From assembly GCA_965221165.1 (NCBI GenBank), contig CBDCRP010000003.1, positions 1,696,001 through 1,760,000 of the forward strand: DNA of 64,000 nucleotides, given 5' to 3'. A program made the translations under genes and the position numbers. The stretch comes from a bacterium. GTDB taxonomy: Bacteria; UBA8248. Under the pieces are notes generated by a model. The model did no database searches. It worked only from the letters and a program-made list of their open reading frames with translations, and was not told the origin of the DNA. Below, piece after piece: positions 8,029 to 18,543 of the stretch (the stretch's first letter is position 1; each line of letters starts with the position of its first letter).

Positions 8029-10452
8029 TCAGGCGTCCTCCCCCCACACCCTTGCGACCGCCGCCTGAATCTTTTTCTCGAAGCGATCGATGAGTTTGCG
8101 GTTGGATTCGACCATGGCCTGCTCGGCTTCTATCTCGGCGACGATGTCCTGTTGGGTTTCAAGGGGTGGAAGGGGAATTAGTATTCTCTCCAAATTTCCT
8201 TTCGTGATGTGGACAAGACCAACACCACCATGAAGATTTTCTTCAACCTCCGCAACTGCTCTATTTAGTACGTAGTGCAAATACATTTTCATTGTCTGAC
8301 TTTGATTGAATTCGATCTTGAAAATGTGCTGGTTCAATATGGCCTTGCCGCCACTCCAAATATGCGCTCCAAAAGAGGTGCCTCGTGAGCCAGACCATGA
8401 GAACAAAAGCTGCCCTCGGCTAATAATGTACTGATCTTTCACTTTCCCAGTGTAATAATTAAACTCACTGCTAGGGGAATTTAGGTTTTGAATTCGTACA
8501 ATCGGGAGGCCACCACTATCGGCACGCTCCCAGTCCTGTGGCTTAAAAGCACGCCCGTTGACAAGGTTGCAAATATCACCAATCGCCACCATCGGCCATT
8601 CAGGATCGACCGCGATATGCGGGCGATAATTGTCGACCACCGCGCGCGCTCCGTCGATGACCTTCTGGTAGCCCTCGATTTCGGCGACGATCTCCTTTTG
8701 AATATCGAGAGGAGGGAGGGGGATTTTGTGCGTTTGGTAAACTTCCGTCCTGTTAAGGCCCGGAATACCCGCACCGCCCCTCAATTCTTGAAGTTTTAGG
8801 CTCTTCAAGACCCAATAGAGATAAACGAGCTCAGATTCACTGGGGTTGGTTTGCCTAACGTAATACGTCGTATCTATAGGAAAGCAATTTTGCTGAATAA
8901 ATGTCACTTCACCTGCCGATCCTTTTCTTCCGACGACAATTGCAGGCCCCTCGATGAGGAAATCGTTATGGTATCCAGTGATACCGTTCGAGCCAACGAC
9001 AGGAAAGGAACCCTCGACACGCTTTGCTTTTGGTAGGCTCGCACCATATTCAAGTGTGCAGACATCTTCAAATTGGCATAACGGAAACTTGGATCTAGCT
9101 TGAGCTGCCTCTCGATACCTCTCCCCACTCAGATTGTACTCCCCGTTCTCCGCAATCTTCTCCTTCTCGACGATCAGCCCGAGCGTCGGCTCGAAATCAT
9201 CCAGTGGTTCCCCCGCCCGCAGCCGCCGCAGGTATTCGATTATCTCCGTCTTAGCTTGAGGCAGGTTGTTCTTATCAATCTCCCGCCGCTGCGCTCCCAG
9301 GTCGTAGCCGTCGTTCTCGACTTTGAAGAAGGCGACGTGGTTCGCCCTCCTCGCCAGCGGCTTATCCAGAATGAGGATGGAGGTCTTGACACCCGAATAG
9401 GGCTGGAACACGCCCGGAGGCAAAGAGACCACGGCGACGAGATATTCTTCCACCAGCATCTTGCGAAGCTGCTTATAAGCGTTCTGGCTCTGGAAGATGA
9501 TTCCCTCGGGCACGATGATGCCCGCGCGGCCCCCCGTCGTCAGGTGCCCGGCCATGTAGTCCACGAAGAGCACCTCGCTGCGCCTGGATTGCACCGAGAA
9601 GCGGTTGTGCGGGCGGATGCCGCCTTTGGGGGACATGAACGGCGGGTTCGCCAGAATAACGTCCGCGAATTCGTTCCAGTTATCTTCGCTCGTGAGCGTG
9701 TCGTACTCGGAAATATGCGGGTCGGTGAACCCGTGCAGGTACATGTTCGCCAGAGAGAGCCGCACCATGTCGGGCGAAATGTCGTAGCCCTTGAGATTGG
9801 CGGCCAGCCGTGTCTTCTCGTCCGGCGTCAGGCTGCTCCCGCCGTTTTCATCCGTGTTGGCCTTTAGAACGTGCTTGTAGGCGGAAATCAGAAAGCCTGC
9901 GGTGCCGCAGGCGGGGTCGAGCAGCCTCTCGTCTTTTTTGGGGTCTACTATCCCGACGATGAAGTCGATGATGTGGCGTGGGGTGCGGAACTGCCCGGCG
10001 TCGCCCTGGGAGCCGAGCACGGAGAGCAGGTACTCGAAGGCGTCGCCCAGCCGTTCCGAGTGATCGTAAGTAAACTCGTCGATAATTTTGAGAAAGGCGC
10101 GCAGGGTTTCGGGGTCTCGGTAGGGCAGATAGGCGTTCTTGAAGATGTCGCGAAACAGCGGCGGAACCCCCGGGTTCTCCGGCATCCGGGTGATGGCCTC
10201 GGCGTAGAGGTTCAGGGTCTCATGGCCGCCCAGGCCCGCGCGGGTCAGCTTCGCCCATCCGTAGCGGGCGAAATCACCGGCGAAAAAGCTGCGCTTCCCG
10301 CCCAACTCCTCGCTTTCGGCGTCGATGTCGTCCATGAACTTGTAGATCAAGGCGATGGTTATCTGCTCGACCTGGCTTTTGGGGTCGGGCACCTTGCCCA
10401 CGAGAATGTCGCGGGCGGTGTCGATGCGGCGTTTTGTGTCGGCGTCGAGCAT
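8029..10452 (-). CDS. Type I RM N6-adenine methyltransferase fused to specificity subunit (HsdM-HsdS, two TRDs)
   Basis: GQFRTP, DPACGTAGFL, NPPF, then two TRDs each closed by IPLPPLxxQxxIVAEIE. Confidence 0.92.
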   Translation of the reverse strand: MLDADTKRRIDTARDILVGKVPDPKSQVEQITIALIYKFMDDIDAESEELGGKRSFFAGDFARYGWAKLTRAGLGGHETLNLYAEAITRMPENPGVPPLFRDIFKNAYLPYRDPETLRAFLKIIDEFTYDHSERLGDAFEYLLSVLGSQGDAGQFRTPRHIIDFIVGIVDPKKDERLLDPACGTAGFLISAYKHVLKANTDENGGSSLTPDEKTRLAANLKGYDISPDMVRLSLANMYLHGFTDPHISEYDTLTSEDNWNEFADVILANPPFMSPKGGIRPHNRFSVQSRRSEVLFVDYMAGHLTTGGRAGIIVPEGIIFQSQNAYKQLRKMLVEEYLVAVVSLPPGVFQPYSGVKTSILILDKPLARRANHVAFFKVENDGYDLGAQRREIDKNNLPQAKTEIIEYLRRLRAGEPLDDFEPTLGLIVEKEKIAENGEYNLSGERYREAAQARSKFPLCQFEDVCTLEYGASLPKAKRVEGSFPVVGSNGITGYHNDFLIEGPAIVVGRKGSAGEVTFIQQNCFPIDTTYYVRQTNPSESELVYLYWVLKSLKLQELRGGAGIPGLNRTEVYQTHKIPLPPLDIQKEIVAEIEGYQKVIDGARAVVDNYRPHIAVDPEWPMVAIGDICNLVNGRAFKPQDWERADSGGLPIVRIQNLNSPSSEFNYYTGKVKDQYIISRGQLLFSWSGSRGTSFGAHIWSGGKAILNQHIFKIEFNQSQTMKMYLHYVLNRAVAEVEENLHGGVGLVHITKGNLERILIPLPPLETQQDIVAEIEAEQAMVESNRKLIDRFEKKIQAAVARVWGEDA

Positions 10453-10463
10453 GGGGTTCCTCT

Positions 10464-13016
10464 CTAGGGGTACGGCGCGAACCGGTTCAGAGAAACGTAA
10501 TCCTTGACGTAGTTCGGAATCAGAGCGCGGTATTTCTCCGGCACGTTGCTAAAGGCGGCGAAAGAGAGGGCCGGTTCCGTGGCGAGGGCGGGGTATCGCC
10601 TCTCGTCGATGATGGCGCGAATCCTGTCGCTCGTGGCATACGCCTCGAAGTAGCTCCGCATGGCCGGGATGGCGGCGGCGTCCTCGGGTTCATGATCAAC
10701 GAGGAACTTGGCGAATTCCTCCTCCAGCAGGTCGCGCTTCGACTTGAAATCGGGAATGAAGCCGAAGACTTTCTCCAGAATCTCGCGGAGGGTGAGGCGT
10801 CTATCGGCATCAGCCGCCTTACGCAGCTTGTCGAGGTTGTAATAATCCTCTGGCTTGTCGAACACCTCGCGGTTCACGTGGTCGATCACGCGCTCCCACT
10901 CACCGGCCTGGACGGCGGCAGCGATGTTCGCGTCCTCCCGCACGGTATCGCGAAACCTGTCGAAGAGCATTCGGTCGACCTTCATGCCCCGATACCCGAT
11001 GGGCACTTCCTTGACGCCCGCGAGGATGTCCTCGCCTGTGTGCTCGTAAACGCCTCGTATCTGAGTAGGCCCGTCGCCCTCACCGGGATCACCCCCGCCG
11101 CGCTTGCGGATCTGCGGCAGCTTCAACACTTGCTCGTAGTCGTACTCGGTCTCGAAGTATTCGTAGTTGCCGAAGAAATCGAAGAGCCTGAACGCTGTTT
11201 TTTGCGTCTCCTCCGACTCGGGAATATCTTGTAAAAGCCTCTCGTCGGTGATCTGCTGCCTGAAATCGTGCATACGCGTGCCGCGTCCTTTGATCTGCAC
11301 GAAATCCGTGGGCGAGAAGATGGGGCGGAACAGGCCGACGTTCAAGACGTCGGTGCAGTCGTAACCCGTCGTCATCATCCCCACCGTCACGCAAACTCGG
11401 GCCTTGCTCGTCCGGTAGCCGTCCAGAAAATTGGCCGAGCCCAGTAGGTTGTTGTTCGCGAAGTTGACGGTGAACCGCTGGGCGTCTGCGATTTGGGAGG
11501 TCACCTGCACGGCGAAGTCGGACTGATATTTGCCCGGAAACATCCTGTCGGCTATCTCGTTCATTATCTGTGCGAGCTTGGCCGCGTGGTTCTGGCTCAC
11601 GGCGAAGACGATCCCCTTCCCGACCTCCCCGCTCACGGGATCGCGCAGGGCGTTCTCCAGAAAAGTCTTACAAAAAAGCTGGTTGGTGGCTTCGGAGTAG
11701 AAGCATTTTTCGAACTCGCGCTTTTTGTAGATTTCCTCCCACTCCTCGCCCTCATCGTCGGTGAAAGCGGCGACGAAGCCCTCATCCGAAAGAAGCTGCG
11801 TGGTTATGTCCGTGCGGGCGTCCACCACGGTCGCGTTGATCAGGTATCCGTCCCTCACGCCGTCGAGCAGCGAATAATGAAAGGTGGGTTGATCTATCTC
11901 GCAGCCGAATGTGTGGTACGTGTCTCGTTGCAGGCGGCGCTCCACCGCGCGCGGGTCGCGAATGGTCGCGTCTACCTCATCGAAGTTTTTGAGGTAAGCG
12001 CGGGGCGTGGCAGTGAGACCCAGCTTGCAGCCCACGAAGAAATCGAACACGCCGCGGGCGTTGCCGCTTATCGAGCGGTGCGCTTCGTCTGAGATCACGA
12101 GGTCGAAATCCGTCGGCGAAAAAAGTCGCTCGTATTTGTCGTTGAACTGGAAGGATTGCACGGTGGTAACGACGATTTCGGCGCGCCGCCAGTCGTCGGG
12201 GTTGTGCTTGTAGACGACGGTGTCGTAGTCATTCGAAAGCAAATCTTTGAAGGCCTTGAACGCCTGCTCTTCGAGTTCGAGCCTGTCCACCAAGAAGAGC
12301 ACCCGGCGGGCGTTGCCCGTGCGCAGGAACAGTTTGATGACGGCGGCGGCGGTGAGCGTCTTGCCCGTGCCCGTGGCCATCTCGAACAAGAAGCGATCGC
12401 CACCCTCACGCACCGCTTTTTGCAGCGCGTGGATTGCCCGCAGTTGATAAGGGCGCAGAAACCGCAGCTTGTTGGCCCGAATGTATTCTTCGCGCTCGTT
12501 CTCGTTTCTCCAGGCGGCCTCTTTGGCGTAGTTCGGCTGCTGGGTGAGGACGATGTAATCCTCGCCGACTTGCTCGTCGACCAGACGCCCAAGATCCGGG
12601 GAAAACTCCCGGCGTGCGGAGGCTGAGTCCGGCGTCGGGAACGCGGTGATGGGATGGGGGTTGCCGTGCTCCAGGTCCCAGAAGTGGTGCTGGTTGCCGT
12701 TCGAGAGGATGACGAAACGGCAGTTCTGCGAGCGGGCGTATGTGCGGGCCTGCTCTTTTCCTACGAGCGGATTTATCCTCTCGGACTTCGCCTCCAGGAC
12801 GATGAACGGGAATCCCGCCTCATCGAGCAGCAGGAAGTCGATGAAGCCCCTGGAGGTTTGCTCGAAGTCATCACCCAGGCCGTCCAGGTCCGCCGTCTTG
12901 ATGGTGACGCTCGGCTCCAGGCGGATGTTGGCGGGCTTTCCGTCTTCGGAGAAAAAGCGCCAGCCGGCCTCTTCGAGCAGCTTGTTTATCTTGACGCGAG
13001 CAGCAGCCTCGCTCAT
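10464..13016 (-). CDS. hsdR: Type I restriction endonuclease subunit R
   Basis: N-terminal nuclease (IDF...LEAK...QAR.YA), Walker A MATGTGKT, DEAH, LTATP, TTGYD, QIKGRGTR; start set to ATG 13016. Confidence 0.92.
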   Translation of the reverse strand: MSEAAARVKINKLLEEAGWRFFSEDGKPANIRLEPSVTIKTADLDGLGDDFEQTSRGFIDFLLLDEAGFPFIVLEAKSERINPLVGKEQARTYARSQNCRFVILSNGNQHHFWDLEHGNPHPITAFPTPDSASARREFSPDLGRLVDEQVGEDYIVLTQQPNYAKEAAWRNENEREEYIRANKLRFLRPYQLRAIHALQKAVREGGDRFLFEMATGTGKTLTAAAVIKLFLRTGNARRVLFLVDRLELEEQAFKAFKDLLSNDYDTVVYKHNPDDWRRAEIVVTTVQSFQFNDKYERLFSPTDFDLVISDEAHRSISGNARGVFDFFVGCKLGLTATPRAYLKNFDEVDATIRDPRAVERRLQRDTYHTFGCEIDQPTFHYSLLDGVRDGYLINATVVDARTDITTQLLSDEGFVAAFTDDEGEEWEEIYKKREFEKCFYSEATNQLFCKTFLENALRDPVSGEVGKGIVFAVSQNHAAKLAQIMNEIADRMFPGKYQSDFAVQVTSQIADAQRFTVNFANNNLLGSANFLDGYRTSKARVCVTVGMMTTGYDCTDVLNVGLFRPIFSPTDFVQIKGRGTRMHDFRQQITDERLLQDIPESEETQKTAFRLFDFFGNYEYFETEYDYEQVLKLPQIRKRGGGDPGEGDGPTQIRGVYEHTGEDILAGVKEVPIGYRGMKVDRMLFDRFRDTVREDANIAAAVQAGEWERVIDHVNREVFDKPEDYYNLDKLRKAADADRRLTLREILEKVFGFIPDFKSKRDLLEEEFAKFLVDHEPEDAAAIPAMRSYFEAYATSDRIRAIIDERRYPALATEPALSFAAFSNVPEKYRALIPNYVKDYVSLNRFAPYP

Positions 13017-13348
13017 GGGGTCCTCTTCCTCGTGTCGAAATATCCACCTTTTGGATACCTTTCTTTTAGAACTTTTCTCCGAGGAGAGCAATCTCACCCG
13101 GCTTTTCCGGCGGAAAACTAACCCCGCCCCCCATTCATGTCAAAACATCAATTTCCCGTGAATAGTCCCCATAAAACACCCTTCATTCACGCTGAACCGC
13201 CTAAATAACGTGAATGGATTTTCCGCTATGAGGAGTACGCGCGGTCGCAATTGTCTTTCTTCTTGACACGCATCATGCGTCTCGCTAGGTTTGCTTGGCA
13301 CTCCACACATCTGTCCTGTGTTTGTCGCCGCAAGTCCAGGGGGGGACC

Positions 13349-15031
13349 ATGGCCATCGCATCGGACGTCGAAATCGCACAGGGGGCGAAGCTCAAGCCCA
13401 TCGCCCAAATCGCCGAAGAACTGGGACTCGGGCCGGACGAGATAGAGCTCTACGGCGCGCACAAGGCCAAGGTCGATCTCGCAGCGCTCGCGCGGCGCGA
13501 GAACGACCCCGACGGCAAGCTCATTCTCGTCACCGCCATGACGCCCACCCCGCTCGGCGAGGGCAAGACCCTGACCACGGTGGGGCTCGGCCAGGCCCTC
13601 GCGCGGCTGGGGAAAAAGAGCGTCATCTGCGTGCGCGAACCCTCGCTGGGGCCCGTGTTCGGCATCAAGGGCGGGGCGGCGGGCGGCGGCATGTCCCAGG
13701 TGCTGCCCATGGAGGACATCAACCTCCACTTCACTGGCGACATCCACGCGGTCACCTCCGCCCACAACCTGCTTTCCGCCCTCTTGGACGCGCACGTGTT
13801 CCACGGCAACGAACTGGCGCTCGACGTGAACCGCATCACCTGGAAGCGCGTGATGGACATGAACGACCGCGCGCTGCGCCACGTCCTCGTCGGCCTCGGC
13901 GGCAGGACGCACGGCGTCCCCCGTGAGGAGGGCTTCATGATCACGGCGGCGTCCGAGATCATGGCCGTGCTCTGCCTCGCGAGCGACCCGGTGGACATGA
14001 AAGAGCGCATCGGGCGCGTCGTGGTCGGCTATACGCGAAAGGGCGCGCCCGTCACCGCAGCGGATTTGAACGCATCGGGCGCGATGGCCATGCTCTTAAA
14101 AGACGCCATCAAGCCCAACCTCGTACAGACCTTGGAGCACTCCCCGGCCTTCGTCCACGGGGGCCCCTTTGGGAACATCGCCCACGGGACGAACTCCATC
14201 ATCGCGGACAGGCTCGCGCTCAAGCTCGCCGACGCGATCGTCGTGGAAGCGGGCTTCGGTTCGGATTTGGGCGCCGAGAAATTCTTCGACATCACGGCGC
14301 GAACGGCGGGGCTGAACGTGGACGCGGTCGTGCTCGTGGCCTCCGTCCGCGCGCTCAAACTCCACGGCGGCGTTTCCTTCGAGGCGGACGCTTTGGCCGA
14401 GGAAAACGTCGACGCCATCACCCGGGGATTCGAGAACCTGAGAACCCACATCGAGAACATGAAGAGCTTCGGCGCGCCCGTGGTGGTGGCCGTCAACCGC
14501 TTTGAGGCGGATACCGATGCCGAAATCGCGCGCATAAAAGATCTTTGCATGGAGGCGGGAGCGCCCTGCTGCGCGCATGAGCTTCACTCGAGAGGCGGCG
14601 AGGGGGGCCTGGAACTCGCCGAGACGGCGTATGGCCTCGCGGCGGAGGCGGATAAACGCTACACGCCGCTCTACCCTCTCGACATGCCGCTCAAGGAGAA
14701 GATAGAGACCATCGCGACGCGCATCTACCGCGCGGAGGGGGTGAGCTTCGAGCCCGCCGCCGCGCGCAGCCTGCGCTCACTGACGAGGCTGGGCTACGGC
14801 GAATTACCCGTCTGCATCGCCAAAACGCAGGCCTCGCTGTCTGACGACTCCAGGAAGATCGGCGCGCCGACGGGCTTCACGGTGAACGTGCGCGAGGTGT
14901 ACGTCTCCGCAGGAGCGGGCTTCGTGGTCGCCACCGCGGGGAGCATCATGCAGATGCCGGGCCTCGCGAAAACTCCCGCTGCGGCGGGGATGGACATCAC
15001 CGCAGACGGCAGGATTACGGGACTTTTCTAG
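13349..15031 (+). CDS. fhs: Formate--tetrahydrofolate ligase
   Basis: TPTPLGEGKT, REPSLGPVFGIKGGAAGGG, INLHFTGD, HGGPFGNIAHG, C-terminal GRITGLF. Confidence 0.97.
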   Translation: MAIASDVEIAQGAKLKPIAQIAEELGLGPDEIELYGAHKAKVDLAALARRENDPDGKLILVTAMTPTPLGEGKTLTTVGLGQALARLGKKSVICVREPSLGPVFGIKGGAAGGGMSQVLPMEDINLHFTGDIHAVTSAHNLLSALLDAHVFHGNELALDVNRITWKRVMDMNDRALRHVLVGLGGRTHGVPREEGFMITAASEIMAVLCLASDPVDMKERIGRVVVGYTRKGAPVTAADLNASGAMAMLLKDAIKPNLVQTLEHSPAFVHGGPFGNIAHGTNSIIADRLALKLADAIVVEAGFGSDLGAEKFFDITARTAGLNVDAVVLVASVRALKLHGGVSFEADALAEENVDAITRGFENLRTHIENMKSFGAPVVVAVNRFEADTDAEIARIKDLCMEAGAPCCAHELHSRGGEGGLELAETAYGLAAEADKRYTPLYPLDMPLKEKIETIATRIYRAEGVSFEPAAARSLRSLTRLGYGELPVCIAKTQASLSDDSRKIGAPTGFTVNVREVYVSAGAGFVVATAGSIMQMPGLAKTPAAAGMDITADGRITGLF

Positions 15032-15068
15032 GAGAAGTGCGCGACGCCCGGCTTTGGTTCATCCCGAA

Positions 15069-15269
15069 TCAGGGCTGACTTTCACCCACGCGATTCCATA
15101 ATCTATCTACGTGATCTCGCAATTCATTCGCCTGATCGGAAAGATTGTCCATCCTCTCCGTAATCCTTCTGACGTATACGAAACCGGCAATAGCAATCAA
15201 GGAAGGCAGCGCAACGCCAATAACCGCCATGAGTATGGAAATAATTTGTAATTGGAATTCGATATTCAC
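15069..15269 (-). CDS. Small single-TM/coiled-coil protein (66 aa), translationally coupled to the GIY-YIG gene
   Basis: GTG start overlaps the upstream TGA (GTGA); hydrophobic ILMAVIGVALPSLIAIAGFVYV followed by a heptad-like tail. Confidence 0.55.
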   Translation of the reverse strand: MNIEFQLQIISILMAVIGVALPSLIAIAGFVYVRRITERMDNLSDQANELRDHVDRLWNRVGESQP

Positions 15270-15502
15270 TTGGCCGAATCCCCCACCAAGCCCCTTCTGG
15301 TGGGGTTGCCCCATCGCGCCTGCTCGCTCTCCCATTTGAGTGCGGCGTCCATCGTGGTCGCGCCCCCCACCTGCTTGATGTAGCCGTCCTCCCCGAACTC
15401 CTGTTTGAGTTCGCACTCGCGCTTTTCGAGATCCTTGGTGATCCCGGAATACAATGTCTTCCTGCCCTTCTTGAAGTGATACTTGTAGGTCTTTCTGGCC
15501 AT
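15266..15502 (-). CDS. Minimal GIY-YIG nuclease-like protein
   Basis: TYKYHFK...LYSGITKDLEKRE...AALKWE matches the GIY/YIG-T-R-E core; RBS GGAGG. Confidence 0.7.
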   Translation of the reverse strand: MARKTYKYHFKKGRKTLYSGITKDLEKRECELKQEFGEDGYIKQVGGATTMDAALKWESEQARWGNPTRRGLVGDSAK

Positions 15503-15584
15503 CTGAGCCTCCATGAGTAGAGCGTGGAGTCGCACCTCATGGTATCGGCAAACACCGGACGCGGCAACGGCCTGCTACTCCCCC

Positions 15585-16217
15585 CTACCCGCTCAGCTCA
15601 TCCAGCTTCTCCTCCAGCCGCTCGATGACCTCGGCGGCATCGGGGGCCTCGTTGTAGTCCTGCGCGAGGTCGCCGTCCCCGCAGGGGCTCTTGGCGGCGA
15701 AGAACACCGCCTTATCGCTGATGGTGCGCCCGCCGTGGCGGGTGTTCCGGGGGATATGCACGAGGTCTCCCGGCTCGACGACGCGCTCCTCATCGCCCAC
15801 GATCACGTACCGCCTGCCCTTCAGGACGAGGATGAACTGCTCCTCGTTGGGGTGAAAATGGGGCGTGGCGCCTTCCTGATCGAGCCGCCCGTCGCCCGAA
15901 GGACTCTTGGCGGTGAACATGCGGAATTCCTCGTCGATGATGACGCCGCCGTGCTTCGCCCCCCGGGGGATGTGAACCAGGTCGCCCGGGCCGATGAGCC
16001 GCTCCTCGTCTCCCACGATCATCCACTGCCTGCCCTCGAGGATTAAGAGGAACTGCTCCTCGTTCGGGTGGTAGTGCGGCCTCGACACCTTGCCCTTGGG
16101 ATAGGTGACGAAGCCCACCTTCATCAACTCCCCCGCCAGACCCTTGAAGCGGCCCATGGGCTGGGCGGCCACGCGGGATTCCGCCATCTCGGATACTCTG
16201 TAAAACGGCATTTTCAT
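15585..16217 (-). CDS. Cupin protein with internal duplication
   Basis: Two PHxHPNEEQF...GDLVHIPR..HGG motifs. Confidence 0.85.
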   Translation of the reverse strand: MKMPFYRVSEMAESRVAAQPMGRFKGLAGELMKVGFVTYPKGKVSRPHYHPNEEQFLLILEGRQWMIVGDEERLIGPGDLVHIPRGAKHGGVIIDEEFRMFTAKSPSGDGRLDQEGATPHFHPNEEQFILVLKGRRYVIVGDEERVVEPGDLVHIPRNTRHGGRTISDKAVFFAAKSPCGDGDLAQDYNEAPDAAEVIERLEEKLDELSG

Positions 16218-16478
16218 ACGTCTCCTTCCGTCTTTTCCCCTAACACTGCGTAGAGAGTGCGCGGGGCGGCTGCTCCTGAGCGGGAGAAACCCGGGGTTGT
16301 TGGGATTTCCTGTCATGACGACGCCCGAGTTTTCCCCATCTTATAGAACCCGCCGGTTTTTCGCACGAGAACGCAGCCTGGGCCAAGCTTCCGGGCGATT
16401 CGAGAGACCTGGAGGATGTGGTAATATCCCTTTGAGGACCCGGGCATTTTATGCAAAAACTCCTGGAGGAATTTCACC

Positions 16479-17069
16479 ATGAGCCGCTATGCCTCGTCCG
16501 CACCCAGACTCCTCAGCGCAATCGCACTCGCTCTATTTCTCTCCGGCTGCGCGGTGCAGACGTTCCCCACCCACGGGATATTGCACGAAGGCCTCTCCGG
16601 CATGGTGGGTTCTCCCGTCGAGGGCCTCGTCGGGAAGATAGGGTACCCGGACAGCGAAGTCACGGTCGGCGGCCGGAAAGTCTATACCTGGGACCACAGA
16701 AGAGCCTTCACCTATACGGTGCCGGAGACCATCTGCCGCGAAAAAATCGTGGAGCGTTTCATTCCGAACCGGCCCCGCGCGCCCGTGCGCCGCAAGTTGG
16801 TACAGGAGTGCGAAACACATCAGGTGGAAAAAACACGGCTGCATTCCTGCACGATAAAGATCGAGACCGACATCGCGGAGGAAATCACCGGATACACCTT
16901 TGACGGGAACAAACAAGGATGCGAGCACTTCGCCGTGGTTTTCCGGAATCTCCCCTACGAGGCGTGCATCAAAAATCTCTCCGGCCTTAAGTTCGCGGTG
17001 AATATCGGGACGGAGCCCAAGGAGAAGCTATCCGCCGCGATAGCCCGGTGCGAGAGAATGCACCGCTAG
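16479..17069 (+). CDS. Putative lipoprotein
   Basis: Signal peptide with lipobox LSGC; RBS GGAGG. Confidence 0.65.
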   Translation: MSRYASSAPRLLSAIALALFLSGCAVQTFPTHGILHEGLSGMVGSPVEGLVGKIGYPDSEVTVGGRKVYTWDHRRAFTYTVPETICREKIVERFIPNRPRAPVRRKLVQECETHQVEKTRLHSCTIKIETDIAEEITGYTFDGNKQGCEHFAVVFRNLPYEACIKNLSGLKFAVNIGTEPKEKLSAAIARCERMHR

Positions 17070-17113
17070 CACATCACGACGCCGGAAATCTCACGGAGAA
17101 TGGCCTGAAAGCT

Positions 17114-18508
17114 TCACACCGCCTGTTCCGCCGGCTCCTCCCGTGCGCCCGCACCGCCCAGAAGACGCATCAAGGAATCGATCTCAGGCTGCGCTTCGAG
17201 TGTCTCGAGACGCGCGAGCACGTCCTCGTATACTTCCTCCGGCATGGAGGATTTCGCGCAGTCGCGGAACTTGGAGCGTATCTTGGCATCCTCCATCGGC
17301 CAGAGCGCGCAGCCACGCGAGACGTCCGTTCTCTTTCTCAGCACGCGGCCATCGTGTAAGTGAAGGCGCACGTCGCTCGGCTTGCGCATGCCGGGCCGCC
17401 AGCCCATATCGTCGGCGGTGACGTGAATCTTGCTTACCCACTCCTGAAGCAGGGGTTCGCGCACCGCCTCGTCCGTGAAGGTCTCGAGGCGCAAATCGCC
17501 ATCCAGCAGCATCCGCGCGAGACAATACTCGATGGAGAATTTGCCCTCGAGGCCCGTTTCAGGCGCATGGTAGCGAAGAACCTGCGTGGCGATTTCGACG
17601 AGTGAGACCTCGACCCGCGCGACGTCCGCCGCCGTGATGCTCGACTCCTCCATGATGTCATAGAGCGCATCCACCGCCGGGTGGGTCGAGAGACAACACG
17701 GATAGGGCTTCATGTTCATGCCGGGATCCGCCAGGGCGTAAGGACTCCCGAGGCTTGTTACTATCTCCTCCGGGTTGGGGGAGCCGCCTCCGGCGAAGGC
17801 GTCGAGGAACCCGCGCGGGGCTTCGAGGATAGTCGTGCTCGCCGTGAGGCCTGCGGCTGCGAGCGCAACCGCGCGCAGGCCGGCTTCGGGTGCCAAGCCG
17901 GCGTGTAAGGGCTTCGTCATCGTGCCGAAGTTCGCGTGAACGCCCGAAGCATGGGAGGCGGCGCAGCCCAGGGCGTGGCGCGTCGTTTCTAAGTCCAATC
18001 CCCGCAGGTGGGCGGCGGCGGCCGCAGCGCCCATGGTGCCGAGCGTGCAGGTGGCATGCCAACCCGCGCCGTAGTGTTCGGGATTCATGCCCTCGCCGAG
18101 CTTGGTCGATATCTCATAGCCGATGATGAAGGCCTCTAAAACCTCGCGTCCCGACGCCCCTTGCATCTCTCCCTGCGCCAGGACGGCGGGCAGCACGCCC
18201 ACGCTCGGATGGCCGTTCAGCAGATAGCTCGAATCATCGAAATCAAGCGCGTGGCCCATCGCGCCGTTGGCGAGGGCGGCCATCGGCGCGGCCGCACGGG
18301 CCCCGACGCCGATGATGGTCGCCTCGGGCGCGCCGCCCATCTTTTGCGCGAAATGGGCCACGATGCGCCCGACGGGCTCACCCGCTCCCGCCAGCGTCAC
18401 GCCCACGGTGTCGACCACCGCCTTCTTCGCGCGCTCGATAACCAGTTCGGGAAAATCCGACCACTTCGTCTCGACGATGAATTCCGCCATCCGTCCGGTA
18501 ACGCTCAT
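17114..18508 (-). CDS. MmgE/PrpD family protein
   Basis: HALDFDD, GHPS, GWH, TKPLHAG, KPYPCC, GKFSIEY. Confidence 0.93.
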   Translation of the reverse strand: MSVTGRMAEFIVETKWSDFPELVIERAKKAVVDTVGVTLAGAGEPVGRIVAHFAQKMGGAPEATIIGVGARAAAPMAALANGAMGHALDFDDSSYLLNGHPSVGVLPAVLAQGEMQGASGREVLEAFIIGYEISTKLGEGMNPEHYGAGWHATCTLGTMGAAAAAAHLRGLDLETTRHALGCAASHASGVHANFGTMTKPLHAGLAPEAGLRAVALAAAGLTASTTILEAPRGFLDAFAGGGSPNPEEIVTSLGSPYALADPGMNMKPYPCCLSTHPAVDALYDIMEESSITAADVARVEVSLVEIATQVLRYHAPETGLEGKFSIEYCLARMLLDGDLRLETFTDEAVREPLLQEWVSKIHVTADDMGWRPGMRKPSDVRLHLHDGRVLRKRTDVSRGCALWPMEDAKIRSKFRDCAKSSMPEEVYEDVLARLETLEAQPEIDSLMRLLGGAGAREEPAEQAV

Positions 18509-18543
18509 GCGACGCCTCCTCGCTTACGAGCCTTGGGGTCGGC

